IMG/VR virus record: IMGVR_UViG_3300042402_004372
Source: a virus
Reading direction: 5' to 3' (one strand)
Length of the DNA stretch: 64,000 nucleotides
Shown: positions 10,998 to 20,689 of the stretch, piece by piece
Layout of the letters: each line of letters opens with the position of its first letter
Position numbering within the stretch: the stretch's first letter is position 1
Notes under the pieces: generated by a model
Databases searched by the model: none
What the model saw: the letters and a program-made list of their open reading frames with translations, nothing else
Told to the model about the DNA's origin: nothing
Program-made: the position numbers and the translations under genes

Positions 10998-12647
10998 ATG
11001 GCAATTAGGGATTACCTACCATTTCAAACAGTAGACAAAGATCTTACTTTTTCTGACAAGGCTTTAGCGCCAGAACAAGTAAAGGGTCTGTCTAAGGCTA
11101 TGAAAATAGCATCGCTTGCTCTTGGTTTTCAGGGTACCAATTATTACTTCAATAATAGAGCTACCTTTGAAAGACCAGCATATGACTTTGAAAGGTTAAT
11201 GCAAGCTGTTGATACGGACTCTTATGTTAAGCAAGCTATGTCTAAATATAAAGATCTTTTCTGGAAAGAGGGTTGGGAAATAGTTTCTGAAAACCCAGAA
11301 GCTATTTCTTATCTTCACCAAAGAATAGATTTCATGGAAATAGCAATGAAGAGACCATTTGTTGATTTCTTAATTGAAGTCTCAGATCAACTCTTTAAAT
11401 TTTCTAATGCTTTCATTGTTAAAGCAAGAGGTGATTTAAGCGAATATTTTCCAGACAAATTAGCACCTATGACTGGAGATCTTCCAGTAATAGGTTATTA
11501 CTTAATCCCTACTGAACAGGTAAGAATATTTAGAGATAAGCACAACAGGCCTAAGTCATATAGACAAGAGACAGACCCTCTTACTTATATGCCGCTTGAA
11601 GGAAATCCAGTTTGGACTGCAGAAAAAGTAATCCATCTTCACTTTGATAGAAAAACTGGTAGAGCATTTGGTACTCCATTTTTGATCAATGTATTAGACG
11701 ACGTTATTGCACTTCGTCAAATTGAAGAAGATATTCAGAATCTTGTTCACAGAGAATTATTTCCACTCTATAAATATAAGATTGGAACCGCAGAACAACC
11801 AGCTGAGCCAGAAGAGATTGAACAAGCAGCTATAGAGATAGAAAATCTAAGAGCTGAAGGTGGATTGATCCTTCCATTTAGACACGATGTTGAAGTTATT
11901 GGATCACAAGGATCTGCCCTTGACGCAAGTCAATACCTAAATCACTTTAAAGAACGTGTTGCAATTGGATTAGGCGTTGCGCCGCATCACCTTGGAATGT
12001 CGATGAATGGTGGTAACAGATCTGTTACCGAAAGATTAGATGTTGCATTATATGACAGAATTAAGCAGATGCAGAAGCTGTTTTCGGAGATGGTAAGACT
12101 AAATATATTTAATGAATTATTGTTTGAAGGTGGTTTTGATCCAATCTCAAATCCAATGGAAGCTGGAGACTCGGATAGATGTTACTTTAAGTTCAAGGAA
12201 ATAGATGTTGATACACAAGTTAAAAAAGAAAATCACGTCATTCAAAAATATGTGTCTAATCTAATTACATTAGATGAAGCTCGCATAGAATTAGGATATG
12301 ATTCCGATATTGACATGAACAAGACACACGCATCAATACAAAGTGATATTCAAGTCGATGCAACTAAAGCAACCGCCCAAGCCCAAGCTAAAGCACAAGG
12401 GACGGGTAAAGCACCTGAACCAAAAACATCTGATGGTCAAAAATCCGCCGGTCCAGGGCAGAAAAATACGCCAAATAATAGAAGAGGCGTTGGTAACGCT
12501 ATGAGACCAATGAATCAAAATGGAAGAAAAACTTCTCCGGATATTAAAAGATATGATAATAATTTTCTATCAGTAATTGAATCTTTGTTGGATAGCGAGT
12601 ATACTGTTATAGAGTCAGACGTTGAAAAGGATAACAATGATGTTTAA
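10998..12647 (+). CDS. Portal protein
   Basis: 549 aa located between terminase and prohead protease. Portal-like features: YVKQAMSKYKDLFWKEGWEI, LIPTEQVRIFRDKHNRP, VIHLHFDRKTGRAFGTPFL, GLGVAPHHLGMS. Confidence 0.85.
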   Translation: MAIRDYLPFQTVDKDLTFSDKALAPEQVKGLSKAMKIASLALGFQGTNYYFNNRATFERPAYDFERLMQAVDTDSYVKQAMSKYKDLFWKEGWEIVSENPEAISYLHQRIDFMEIAMKRPFVDFLIEVSDQLFKFSNAFIVKARGDLSEYFPDKLAPMTGDLPVIGYYLIPTEQVRIFRDKHNRPKSYRQETDPLTYMPLEGNPVWTAEKVIHLHFDRKTGRAFGTPFLINVLDDVIALRQIEEDIQNLVHRELFPLYKYKIGTAEQPAEPEEIEQAAIEIENLRAEGGLILPFRHDVEVIGSQGSALDASQYLNHFKERVAIGLGVAPHHLGMSMNGGNRSVTERLDVALYDRIKQMQKLFSEMVRLNIFNELLFEGGFDPISNPMEAGDSDRCYFKFKEIDVDTQVKKENHVIQKYVSNLITLDEARIELGYDSDIDMNKTHASIQSDIQVDATKATAQAQAKAQGTGKAPEPKTSDGQKSAGPGQKNTPNNRRGVGNAMRPMNQNGRKTSPDIKRYDNNFLSVIESLLDSEYTVIESDVEKDNNDV

Positions 12648-12954
12648 TGTAAATGATAAGATCACAAGTAGCGATAACACAGAAGCAGATGCTCTTTTAG
12701 TATTTAGAAAAGCAGTTAGCAATGGTCAAACAAGACTAGCTCTTGAAGCTTTAGTGGACGTTATTGATTCTATAGTTGAGTTTCTCACTTCAGAACCTGA
12801 AGAAGAAACCACAGAAGAAGTAGTGCCAGTGACACCAGCGATAAACGTTAATGCTGTTGAAATCAAAGAAGAGAAGATTGAATCAACAACTGTAGGAACT
12901 AGCGCACCTGCTAAGAAAAGTGTAAAAGAAACAACAAAATCTATTTCAGAGTAG
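12622..12954 (+). CDS. Hypothetical acidic protein
   Basis: Short intact ORF overlapping the portal gene end. Confidence 0.45.
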   Translation: MKRITMMFNVNDKITSSDNTEADALLVFRKAVSNGQTRLALEALVDVIDSIVEFLTSEPEEETTEEVVPVTPAINVNAVEIKEEKIESTTVGTSAPAKKSVKETTKSISE

Positions 12955-12957
12955 TTT

Positions 12958-13728
12958 ATGATTGAACTAGTGATTGGTTGTCCAATCTATCAAAGAGATT
13001 GGATATTTCCTTATTGGATTTCTTGTATAGAAAATCAGAATATTGATTTTTCAAAAACCGCTTTTATATTTGAAGCATCTCCAGATGATGAAAAAACCAT
13101 AGAGATGTTAGTTAAATATAGAAATGCAAGACCAGATATACCAGAGTTTATTTTAGATATAAAACAAGACATTCCTCATTTTTCTCATGAAGAAGGAACA
13201 AGAACTTGGAGTATATCTAAATATCAAAATATGGTTAATCTAAGAAATTCTCTTTTATCAAAAGTTAGAGATATTAATCCAAATTATTTTTTTAGCTTGG
13301 ATTCTGACATACTATTAACTAATGAAAATACAATTCAATTACTAATTGCACACGTAAACTCTGGCGCAGATGCGGTGAGTCCATTAATGTTTATGACTCC
13401 AACAAATACAATGTATCCAAGTGTAATGAATTGGATAAAAGAGCCTGGTGGTCAAGCTTATCGCAAAGAGCAATATCCACTTGGTGAGTATTTCCAATCA
13501 GATGTTATTATGGCAGCAAAAATGATGTCAAGAGATGTATACAAGAATGTTGACTACTCACTCCATACACAGGGTGAAGATTTAGGCTGGTCTGGAAACG
13601 CAGCAAAAATGGGTTATAAGCTTTACTCAGCATCCTACCTTTATGCTCCACACATAATGCATAAGCGAATGATGCAAGATTTTCTCTCAAATGGAGATTC
13701 TAGGGGTAATTTTTTTGCAACAGCATAA
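12958..13728 (+). CDS. Glycosyltransferase, GT-A type
   Basis: MIELVIGCPIYQRDWIFPYWISCIE… with a DxD-like motif FFSLDSDILLT; GT2-type organisation. Confidence 0.7.
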   Translation: MIELVIGCPIYQRDWIFPYWISCIENQNIDFSKTAFIFEASPDDEKTIEMLVKYRNARPDIPEFILDIKQDIPHFSHEEGTRTWSISKYQNMVNLRNSLLSKVRDINPNYFFSLDSDILLTNENTIQLLIAHVNSGADAVSPLMFMTPTNTMYPSVMNWIKEPGGQAYRKEQYPLGEYFQSDVIMAAKMMSRDVYKNVDYSLHTQGEDLGWSGNAAKMGYKLYSASYLYAPHIMHKRMMQDFLSNGDSRGNFFATA

Positions 13729-13813
13729 AAGTATGATATCTTTATATAAGATTGTTTAATCTTATAAAAGCTAATTACTATTACTACTACATTAAAATAA
13801 ACGGAGCGCTAAA

Positions 13814-15545
13814 ATGGCATTTGATTTTGTTGAAAGTTTTACACTTCAACTTCCTGACCTATCGGGATTGGAAAATGATTTTTCCGAATCATTCAGCAAA
13901 AACCACGGTCTTATTATAGAAGTGGCTGCCATACATGAGCGGACTAACCGCTAACTATAATAATTACTCAGCAGCAGAATTAGAAAAGGCTCTCCAATCA
14001 TGGGTCGAGCCATACCCTAAGCCTATTATTTTAAATCACGATTTAAACTCTGAGCCAATTGGCAGAATCATTGCTGCTAAGATGGACAAAGAACAAGACG
14101 GTGCACCATATGTAAGATTGCAGGTAGCAATCACAGATCCATTGGCTGCTCAGAAGATCTCAGATAAGAGATACTTGACTGGATCAGTTGGCGGAAGAGC
14201 CGGCAAAGCAGTTTGTTCAATTTCGGGTGAAGACCTAGCTGCTGAATCAGCAGACGGTAGACCAAAGACAGCTAAATTTAAGCGTGGTCAAGTTTATAAG
14301 GGTAAACTTGCTTTCGTTGATATGCAAGACATTTCCTTTAAAGAATACTCATTTGTTAACCAACCAGCGGATCAAAGGTCTAGTGTAAGAGCTTCTAAAG
14401 CTATTGATGGATCAACTGTTGTTACTGATTCAGAAAATTGGACAGCAAAAAGCACAGCCTTTATCCTACATATGGATAAAGAAGATATAACCACTGTGGA
14501 AGAAAATGAGTCTATTTTAAAGGGTATGAAGAAAAAAGAGTCTAGACCACTTTATCTTCATGTTAAAGGAGCTTTTCTTACGGCTTTGGCCTTTCAAGAA
14601 AGTGAAACTGCAAAGGCTGATAATACTGCGTTACTATCAGAAAAGAATATAATTGACGAGGAGAATGTTGAAATGGACGAAATCGTTAAAGGTGATGATG
14701 TTTTGGCTACTGTCGAAAATCTAAGCCAAGACCTGTCAGCAATTGCTACAGTACCATGTGGTACGGCACCAAAAGAAGAATCAGAAGAAATTCCTTCACA
14801 AGAAGAAGCTTCTGTAAATGTAGAATCAAAAAATGTAGATCTTATATCTGTGTTATCAGATGCTCTTCAAGAAGCAAAAGAAGCTGGTGAACAATCTGTA
14901 GTGGATGTTCTTTCTTCGAAGATTGAAAAGCTAAAGAAAGCACAAGAAGATGAATCATTGGTTGAGGCGCCAGCTGCAGAAAATGCAGAGCAGTCTCCTA
15001 GTGAGCAAAAAGAATCTGAAGGAGAAAAAGTGGAAACAGAAGAACAAGGCAAAGAAGAAGTAGTTAATTCTGAAAACGCCGAGTCCTCCCCAGAAAACGA
15101 AACACAAGAAGAGTCAGACTCAGAGCTCACAGGCAGTACTCATGCTGATGAGCAAAATGACAATGACAATAAACTTCAAGTGCTTCAACAAGAAAATGCA
15201 AAGCTCAGAGAGGCGCTACATCGCACTTTAGCTGAAAGAGTAGTTGATACTAAAATTTCATTAGGAGTAGAACCAATTGAAGAAAGAGAAAACTTGATCC
15301 AAGATCACGCAACTCGTTCGGCAGGTTCTTTAGCTGATTCCCTTAGGGATTTAGCTAAGCTCCCAGTAGCTAAGAAGAATATTCAAAAGCTAAATGTGGA
15401 ATCCGTAATAGATAGTTGCATTGTTTCTGAAAAAGAAAACAATGTCATTGTTGAAGACGAAGAAACGTCAACTGCACCAGAAGAAAAAGTGAACACAGTT
15501 GAAGAACTGTTTGTTGATACTCTCATGGGCCGTCGCAAACTTTAA
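13814..15545 (+). CDS. Prohead core / maturation protease, one gene with a +1 frame change at CGG 13940
   Basis: MAFDFVESFTLQLPDLSGLENDFSESFSKNHGLIIEVAAIHE-[CGGA]-LTANYNNYSAAELEKALQSWVEPYPKPIILNHDLNSEPIGRIIAAK; followed by a long acidic scaffold-like C-terminal region. Confidence 0.88.
13940..13943 (+). promoter_or_regulatory. CGG recoding site 5 (CGGA), prohead protease
   Basis: GAG CGG ACT AAC CGC TAA; +1 GGA CTA ACC GCT AAC. Confidence 0.9.
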
Positions 15546-15576
15546 AACAAATATATACAAATAAGGAGATATTAAA

Positions 15577-16332
15577 ATGTCATTAGCAAAATTTCGTAAA
15601 GTAGGTACCAAAACGGGTGCTGGTCGTTTCGTTGTTTCGGAAGGTATTGCACCATCCGCATACATCTTGCCATCAGTCGCCCTTCCAACTTGGTACGCAG
15701 ACTCAGAAGATGATCGTTTTGAAATTGTTATTCCAAAGGGAACTATCCTTTCGGTTGTAACAGATTCAAGTGGTGATTCACGTTTTGTTCCAGCTAACGG
15801 TACCGGCTCTTCAGTAACTTGGGGAGACACAATTTCAGGTTGGAACCCACTTGCAGCAGCAACACCAGTTGCTGGCGCATCTGGAGATACACAAGCAGTT
15901 GCTGCACGTTCAGTGCCAGTTGGTTGTGCACAGTACGATCTCTACAGACCATTTGATAAGGGCACATCGCAAGGTGCAGGCTTTATCGTTAGAGGTTATG
16001 TCGAGTATCCAATGGTCACAGGTGTTAACGCAGACTTAACAGCAGGTAGTTTAGTTGCTCCAGACTTCATGGGTCGTCCAAGACTCTTGTCGCAAGCTGA
16101 TGCAGCTAGTTACCCACACTTAATTGTAGGTAAGGTTATTGAAGTCGAGAAGTTTGCTACAAACTTTGATGACGGACTACTTTCCTACATGCAACTTCCA
16201 TCGGATCCAGGTGCGCTCAAGACAGTTTATGAGCTCACAAGATCAGGCTCGTTCTCCGGTAAACTCGGTATCCGTGCAAACCTAGATGTTACGAATGTTA
16301 TTGGTGCTTTCCGCGTCAATTTAACACTCTAA
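15577..16332 (+). CDS. Capsid-associated / decoration protein candidate
   Basis: Located between prohead protease and major capsid gene; codon usage resembles the major capsid gene. Confidence 0.5.
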   Translation: MSLAKFRKVGTKTGAGRFVVSEGIAPSAYILPSVALPTWYADSEDDRFEIVIPKGTILSVVTDSSGDSRFVPANGTGSSVTWGDTISGWNPLAAATPVAGASGDTQAVAARSVPVGCAQYDLYRPFDKGTSQGAGFIVRGYVEYPMVTGVNADLTAGSLVAPDFMGRPRLLSQADAASYPHLIVGKVIEVEKFATNFDDGLLSYMQLPSDPGALKTVYELTRSGSFSGKLGIRANLDVTNVIGAFRVNLTL

Positions 16333-16385
16333 TAAAAAAAAAGAAAATAAAAAAAGAAATAATTAAACAGGAGGAAATATCCTAG

Positions 16386-17441
16386 ATGAGTAAGACAATC
16401 CAAGAACTCCTCTCGGGTCTCCCAGCTTGGGAAGCCGCATTTGCTGAAGATGGCTACATCGACACAGATAACAGAGTTACAATCAAGGAAGCATTCGGTT
16501 CGTCAGACGCAGCCGCTTTGTTTCCTAAGGTAATTTCTCGTACTCTGCGCGAAGCAGCCGAACCACAGCTTTTGGTAACCCCGCTTCTTTCTACAGTACG
16601 CCTTGGTAAGGGTCGTTCTTTGGAATTTCCAGCGGTAAACGCAATTCAAGCTGCTGAGATCCCAGAAGGACAAGAATACCCAGAACAAGCTCTCGCATTT
16701 GCTAAGCAAATCGAGGGTAAGGTGTCGAAGAAGGGCGTTAAGCTGGCTTTCACAGAGGAAGTTATTGCTGATTCTCTTTGGGACATCGTAGGCCTCCATG
16801 TACGCGCCGCAGGCCGTGCAATGGCACGTTTGAAAGAGCAAATTGCTCTTAGTCGTTTTAAGGATGCAGCTACAATTGTATTCGACAACGACAGTGGCAG
16901 CTATGACGATACAACAGGTCGTGGGATTACTGGTGCTTACAACAGCACTATTACCTGGGACGATGTTGTCGACATGGCAGCTGTTCTAATGGCCGAAAAC
17001 CATATACCAACAGACTTCATTCTTCACCCACTGATGTGGTCGGTCTTCCTCAAGGACTCGATCTTCCACATGGGCGGCGCTGCATCAGCTGTTAATACCA
17101 GCTGGGGCTACCGTCCACAGTCGAAGGATGGCGCTCTTAACGCAACAGCCCCTATGGGTTTGAACGTGTTAGTGTCACCATTTGTTAGCTTCACAGCTAA
17201 GAGCGGTGAAACATTAGCTAAGTCAGACTTGTTCCTCATTGATCGTAATGAGGTCGGCAGTCTTCTTGTTAAGGATGACATGAGCACAGATCAGTTCGAT
17301 GATCCGTCACGTGACATTCGTTCGATGAAGATGAAAGAGCGTTACGACATTGTAATGCTTGGCGATGGTGAAGGTATCACAGTTGCTAAGAACGTTAGAC
17401 TGGCCCGCAACTATGAGGTTCAAGTTACTAACGAAATGTAA
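16386..17441 (+). CDS. Major capsid protein, HK97 fold
   Basis: 351 aa with typical MCP features (LSTVRLGKGRSLEFPAVNA, IPTDFILHPLMWSVFLKDS). Strong SD (aggaggaaat) upstream and a strong terminator downstream. Confidence 0.88.
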   Translation: MSKTIQELLSGLPAWEAAFAEDGYIDTDNRVTIKEAFGSSDAAALFPKVISRTLREAAEPQLLVTPLLSTVRLGKGRSLEFPAVNAIQAAEIPEGQEYPEQALAFAKQIEGKVSKKGVKLAFTEEVIADSLWDIVGLHVRAAGRAMARLKEQIALSRFKDAATIVFDNDSGSYDDTTGRGITGAYNSTITWDDVVDMAAVLMAENHIPTDFILHPLMWSVFLKDSIFHMGGAASAVNTSWGYRPQSKDGALNATAPMGLNVLVSPFVSFTAKSGETLAKSDLFLIDRNEVGSLLVKDDMSTDQFDDPSRDIRSMKMKERYDIVMLGDGEGITVAKNVRLARNYEVQVTNEM

Positions 17442-17486
17442 TAAGCCTTAAGGCTGTTATAGTTACGATACAGTCTTAGAAAGTAG

Positions 17487-17516
17487 GGGGCAGCGAAAGC
17501 TGCCCCTTATTTTTTT
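17487..17516 (+). terminator. Rho-independent terminator after major capsid gene
   Basis: Perfect stem GGGGCAGC-GAAA-GCTGCCCC followed by TTATTTTTTT. Confidence 0.95.
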
Positions 17517-17568
17517 GCACCAACCCTGTTACTAGTTAAGTATAAGTCTTTTCCTGAGGAGATAAATC

Positions 17569-18342
17569 GTGCCATTAAATTTAATAGATTATGCCTCAGT
17601 GGGTGTCGATAAGGTAAAGATTAAATTTGGTAGAACAGTCAAAATTAGTTCTATAACAGATAATAAGTTTATTGTTCAAACATCAGCTGCAACACCGACT
17701 ATTGTATCTAGTCCATTTAAAGCAATAAACTCATTAGCTGACTATAATACAATATCTAGAACTCTTACTCTTTACTGGGATAAAGTCCTTGTTTCTGGTC
17801 AGGAATACTATCTAAGAGTAGTGGGTATATTAGACGCTGCAAATGAAGTCGTAGCAGAAGAGTATATAAAATTTACAAAGCAAGATGCGGCTACTCCTTC
17901 TGGTTTCTCAACTTCTGTTGTTCCGGTGATAGAAGAGATTTTAGTAGAAGATAACTCAATTTTAACCGAAGCCTATAGTAGCTATCAAATTATAGCTAAA
18001 AATCCAGAATTCTATATTGATTCTGTTGAGCCAAAAAATGGATCTTTTTACTTACCAAATGATAACAACAATGGAAGAGTCACCATTATTTTTAATGCCC
18101 GTCCAGCTTCTAACTTTTTATCCACTAAGTATTTTAAAGCTCAAAGAAAAAAAATCCAGAAGTCACCGTCTCGTTGGGAAAACGTTGAGACAGTTACGCA
18201 AATGCACTCTTGGAAGCCTGAGATATATATAGACTTTCCATCCTTAATAGATGCAACACCATCATATTATACTGAGAATAAAGATTATTTTGAAAAAGGT
18301 TATAAGTATAGAATAACAGTTTCTAAAGATGTGGGTATATAA
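17569..18342 (+). CDS. Hypothetical structural protein
   Basis: Intact 257-aa ORF. Confidence 0.55.
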   Translation: MPLNLIDYASVGVDKVKIKFGRTVKISSITDNKFIVQTSAATPTIVSSPFKAINSLADYNTISRTLTLYWDKVLVSGQEYYLRVVGILDAANEVVAEEYIKFTKQDAATPSGFSTSVVPVIEEILVEDNSILTEAYSSYQIIAKNPEFYIDSVEPKNGSFYLPNDNNNGRVTIIFNARPASNFLSTKYFKAQRKKIQKSPSRWENVETVTQMHSWKPEIYIDFPSLIDATPSYYTENKDYFEKGYKYRITVSKDVGI

Positions 18343-18754
18343 GATGGCTAATTTTGTATATAAAAAAGCAAAAGAATCCATGTTAAGTGGTGAAATAAAT
18401 CTATCAACAAATAGTCTTAAAGTTGCATTTATAGATACTTCTTTGTATACACCAAATCAAAGCACCAATGAATTCTTATCAGATATACCAACATTGGCAA
18501 AAAAATATAGAAGTGAACCTTTAAGCAACGTATCTAATGATTTAGGGGTATTAGATGCAGATGACCTAACCATTGTTTACGATGGAGCACCATTTAATGC
18601 AATTGTTTTTTATCAATACGGTACAACTGATTCCAATTCAAGGTTAATAGCCTTTATAGACAATTCTGAAGGGCTACCTTTTGCCGGCACTGCGGAATCT
18701 TCGACAATGACATTACAGTGGAATAATACTTCAACAAAAATTATTAGCTTATAG
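18329..18754 (+). CDS. Hypothetical tail-fibre-accessory-like protein
   Basis: YKKAKESMLSGEINLSTNSLKVAFIDTSLYTPNQ… pattern seen in phage structural proteins. Confidence 0.5.
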   Translation: MWVYKMANFVYKKAKESMLSGEINLSTNSLKVAFIDTSLYTPNQSTNEFLSDIPTLAKKYRSEPLSNVSNDLGVLDADDLTIVYDGAPFNAIVFYQYGTTDSNSRLIAFIDNSEGLPFAGTAESSTMTLQWNNTSTKIISL

Positions 18755-18762
18755 GAAGATAT

Positions 18763-19116
18763 ATGGCAACAAATTATCCAAATCAATTAGATGTTTTAAT
18801 AAATCCAACAGCAACTGACAAACTCAATTCAAACACAGTACCACATCATCAACAGCATGCAAACTTAAACGATGCTGTAGAGGCAGTACAAACCGTATTG
18901 GGGCTTGCCCCAGCTGGTTCTCATCTTACGGTTAAAGATAGAATAATAGCAGTAGAGTCAAACATTAGTAGTATAAATGGATTAGGTGATGTTACTATAA
19001 GCAATGTCGGGACTAAAGATGTTTTAATTTACGATGGATCTCAATGGGTAAATAAGTCCGTTGAATCATTATCAAACAATAGCGCAGAGCTTAATATTAA
19101 TGGAGGAAATTTCTAA
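18763..19116 (+). CDS. Short fibre-like protein
   Basis: YPNQLDVLINPTATDKLNSNTVPHHQQHANLNDAVEAVQTVLG, typical of phage tail-fibre N-termini. Confidence 0.55.
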   Translation: MATNYPNQLDVLINPTATDKLNSNTVPHHQQHANLNDAVEAVQTVLGLAPAGSHLTVKDRIIAVESNISSINGLGDVTISNVGTKDVLIYDGSQWVNKSVESLSNNSAELNINGGNF

Positions 19117-20670
19117 ATGGCTAATATTTTGAGAATCAAAAGAAGGGCTGGTGGAGGCGTTGCGGGCGCACCTAGTTCGCTCAAAAATGCTGAGCTAGCG
19201 TTTAACGAAGTTGATAATATTCTTTATTATGGCTATGGAGACGATGGTACAGGCACAGCAAATACAGTACCAGCAATTGCTGGAATAGGCGCATTTGTAT
19301 CATTAAGTTCTGATCAAACAATTACTGGAAATAAAACATTTACTGGTACAATAATTGTTCCAACACCAAGTGCAAACACTCACGCATCAACAAAGCTCTA
19401 TGTTGACCAGCAGATATCCAATGTTAATAATACTATTTCAAACGTTGCCACATCATTTACAGTTGCGGGTGATTCTGGATCTAATCAAACAATTAGTTCA
19501 GGTACTGATACTTTAACCATTTCTGGTGGCACGGGACTATCCTCTGTTGCAAGTGCAACTGACACAATTACTTTAAATCTTGACAACACTACCGTAACTG
19601 GTGGTTCTTACGGTGGTGCAGGAACGGTTGCTACGTTTACTGTAGATGCTCAAGGTCGTTTAACAGCAGCTGGAAATACGGCAATTTCTTTAACTTCCTC
19701 AAACCTTGATAACACCGCAGTAACTGCTGGCTCTTATGGAGCTGCAAACTCGGTTGCTACATTTACGGTTGATGCAAAGGGTCGTTTAACGGCTGCTGGA
19801 AACTCAGCAATTTCAATCACCGCTTCACAAATTAGTGACAAGGGCTCAAATCTGGTAACTGGTTTGACCGGTACTAATAACGAGATCACGGTTTCAAACT
19901 CTGGAGTTGGAGCTGTAACATTAGGTCTCCCAGCTAATGTTACGATTAGTAATAATCTAACTGTTACTGGAGATTTGATTGTTAATGGCAATACAACAAC
20001 TCTTAACACAGCAACGCTTGTTGTAGAAGATAAAAATATTGTTCTTGCAAATTCCGCATCACCAACAGATATAACTGCTGACGGTGCTGGTATCACAATT
20101 CTAGGTGCAACAGATAAGACGTTCACCTGGGTTGATGCAACAGATGCGTGGACTTCGTCAGAAAATATGAATTTAGTTTCTGGTAAAGTTTATGAGATTA
20201 ATGGAACATCTGTATTAAGCAATACAACACTTGGTTCTAGCGTAGTCACCTCAAGCTTAACAGCAGTAGGAACAATTGCAACAGGTACCTGGCAGGGAAC
20301 AGCTGTCGGCATTGCTTATGGTGGTACTGGTTCAACAACTGCTGATGGCGCAAGAACTGCATTAGGTCTTGCAATTGGATCAAACGTACAAGCTTATAGT
20401 TCAATATTGGCAAACGTTGCTGCTGGAACTTATTCTGGTGATGATGACATTGTAACAGTTGGAACAATCACCGCTGGAACATGGAGTGGTACAGCAATTG
20501 CTGCCACTAAGGGTGGTACTGGATTTACAACTTATACAACTGGAGATTTGGTTTACGCTAGCGCAGCAAACACATTGTCTAAATTGTCAATAGGTTCTAG
20601 TGGACAAGTTCTACAAGTTATAGCTGGAGTTCCAACATGGAGTGACACAATAGACGGTGGAACTTTCTAA
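19117..20670 (+). CDS. Tail fibre / virion adhesin-like repeat protein
   Basis: LRIKRRAGGGVAGAPSSLKNAELAFNEVDNILYYG N-terminus plus DAQGRLTAAGN and NLTVTGDLIVNGNTTTLNT repeats. Confidence 0.8.
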   Translation: MANILRIKRRAGGGVAGAPSSLKNAELAFNEVDNILYYGYGDDGTGTANTVPAIAGIGAFVSLSSDQTITGNKTFTGTIIVPTPSANTHASTKLYVDQQISNVNNTISNVATSFTVAGDSGSNQTISSGTDTLTISGGTGLSSVASATDTITLNLDNTTVTGGSYGGAGTVATFTVDAQGRLTAAGNTAISLTSSNLDNTAVTAGSYGAANSVATFTVDAKGRLTAAGNSAISITASQISDKGSNLVTGLTGTNNEITVSNSGVGAVTLGLPANVTISNNLTVTGDLIVNGNTTTLNTATLVVEDKNIVLANSASPTDITADGAGITILGATDKTFTWVDATDAWTSSENMNLVSGKVYEINGTSVLSNTTLGSSVVTSSLTAVGTIATGTWQGTAVGIAYGGTGSTTADGARTALGLAIGSNVQAYSSILANVAAGTYSGDDDIVTVGTITAGTWSGTAIAATKGGTGFTTYTTGDLVYASAANTLSKLSIGSSGQVLQVIAGVPTWSDTIDGGTF

Positions 20671-20689
20671 ATAAAGGAAAGGTTTTATA

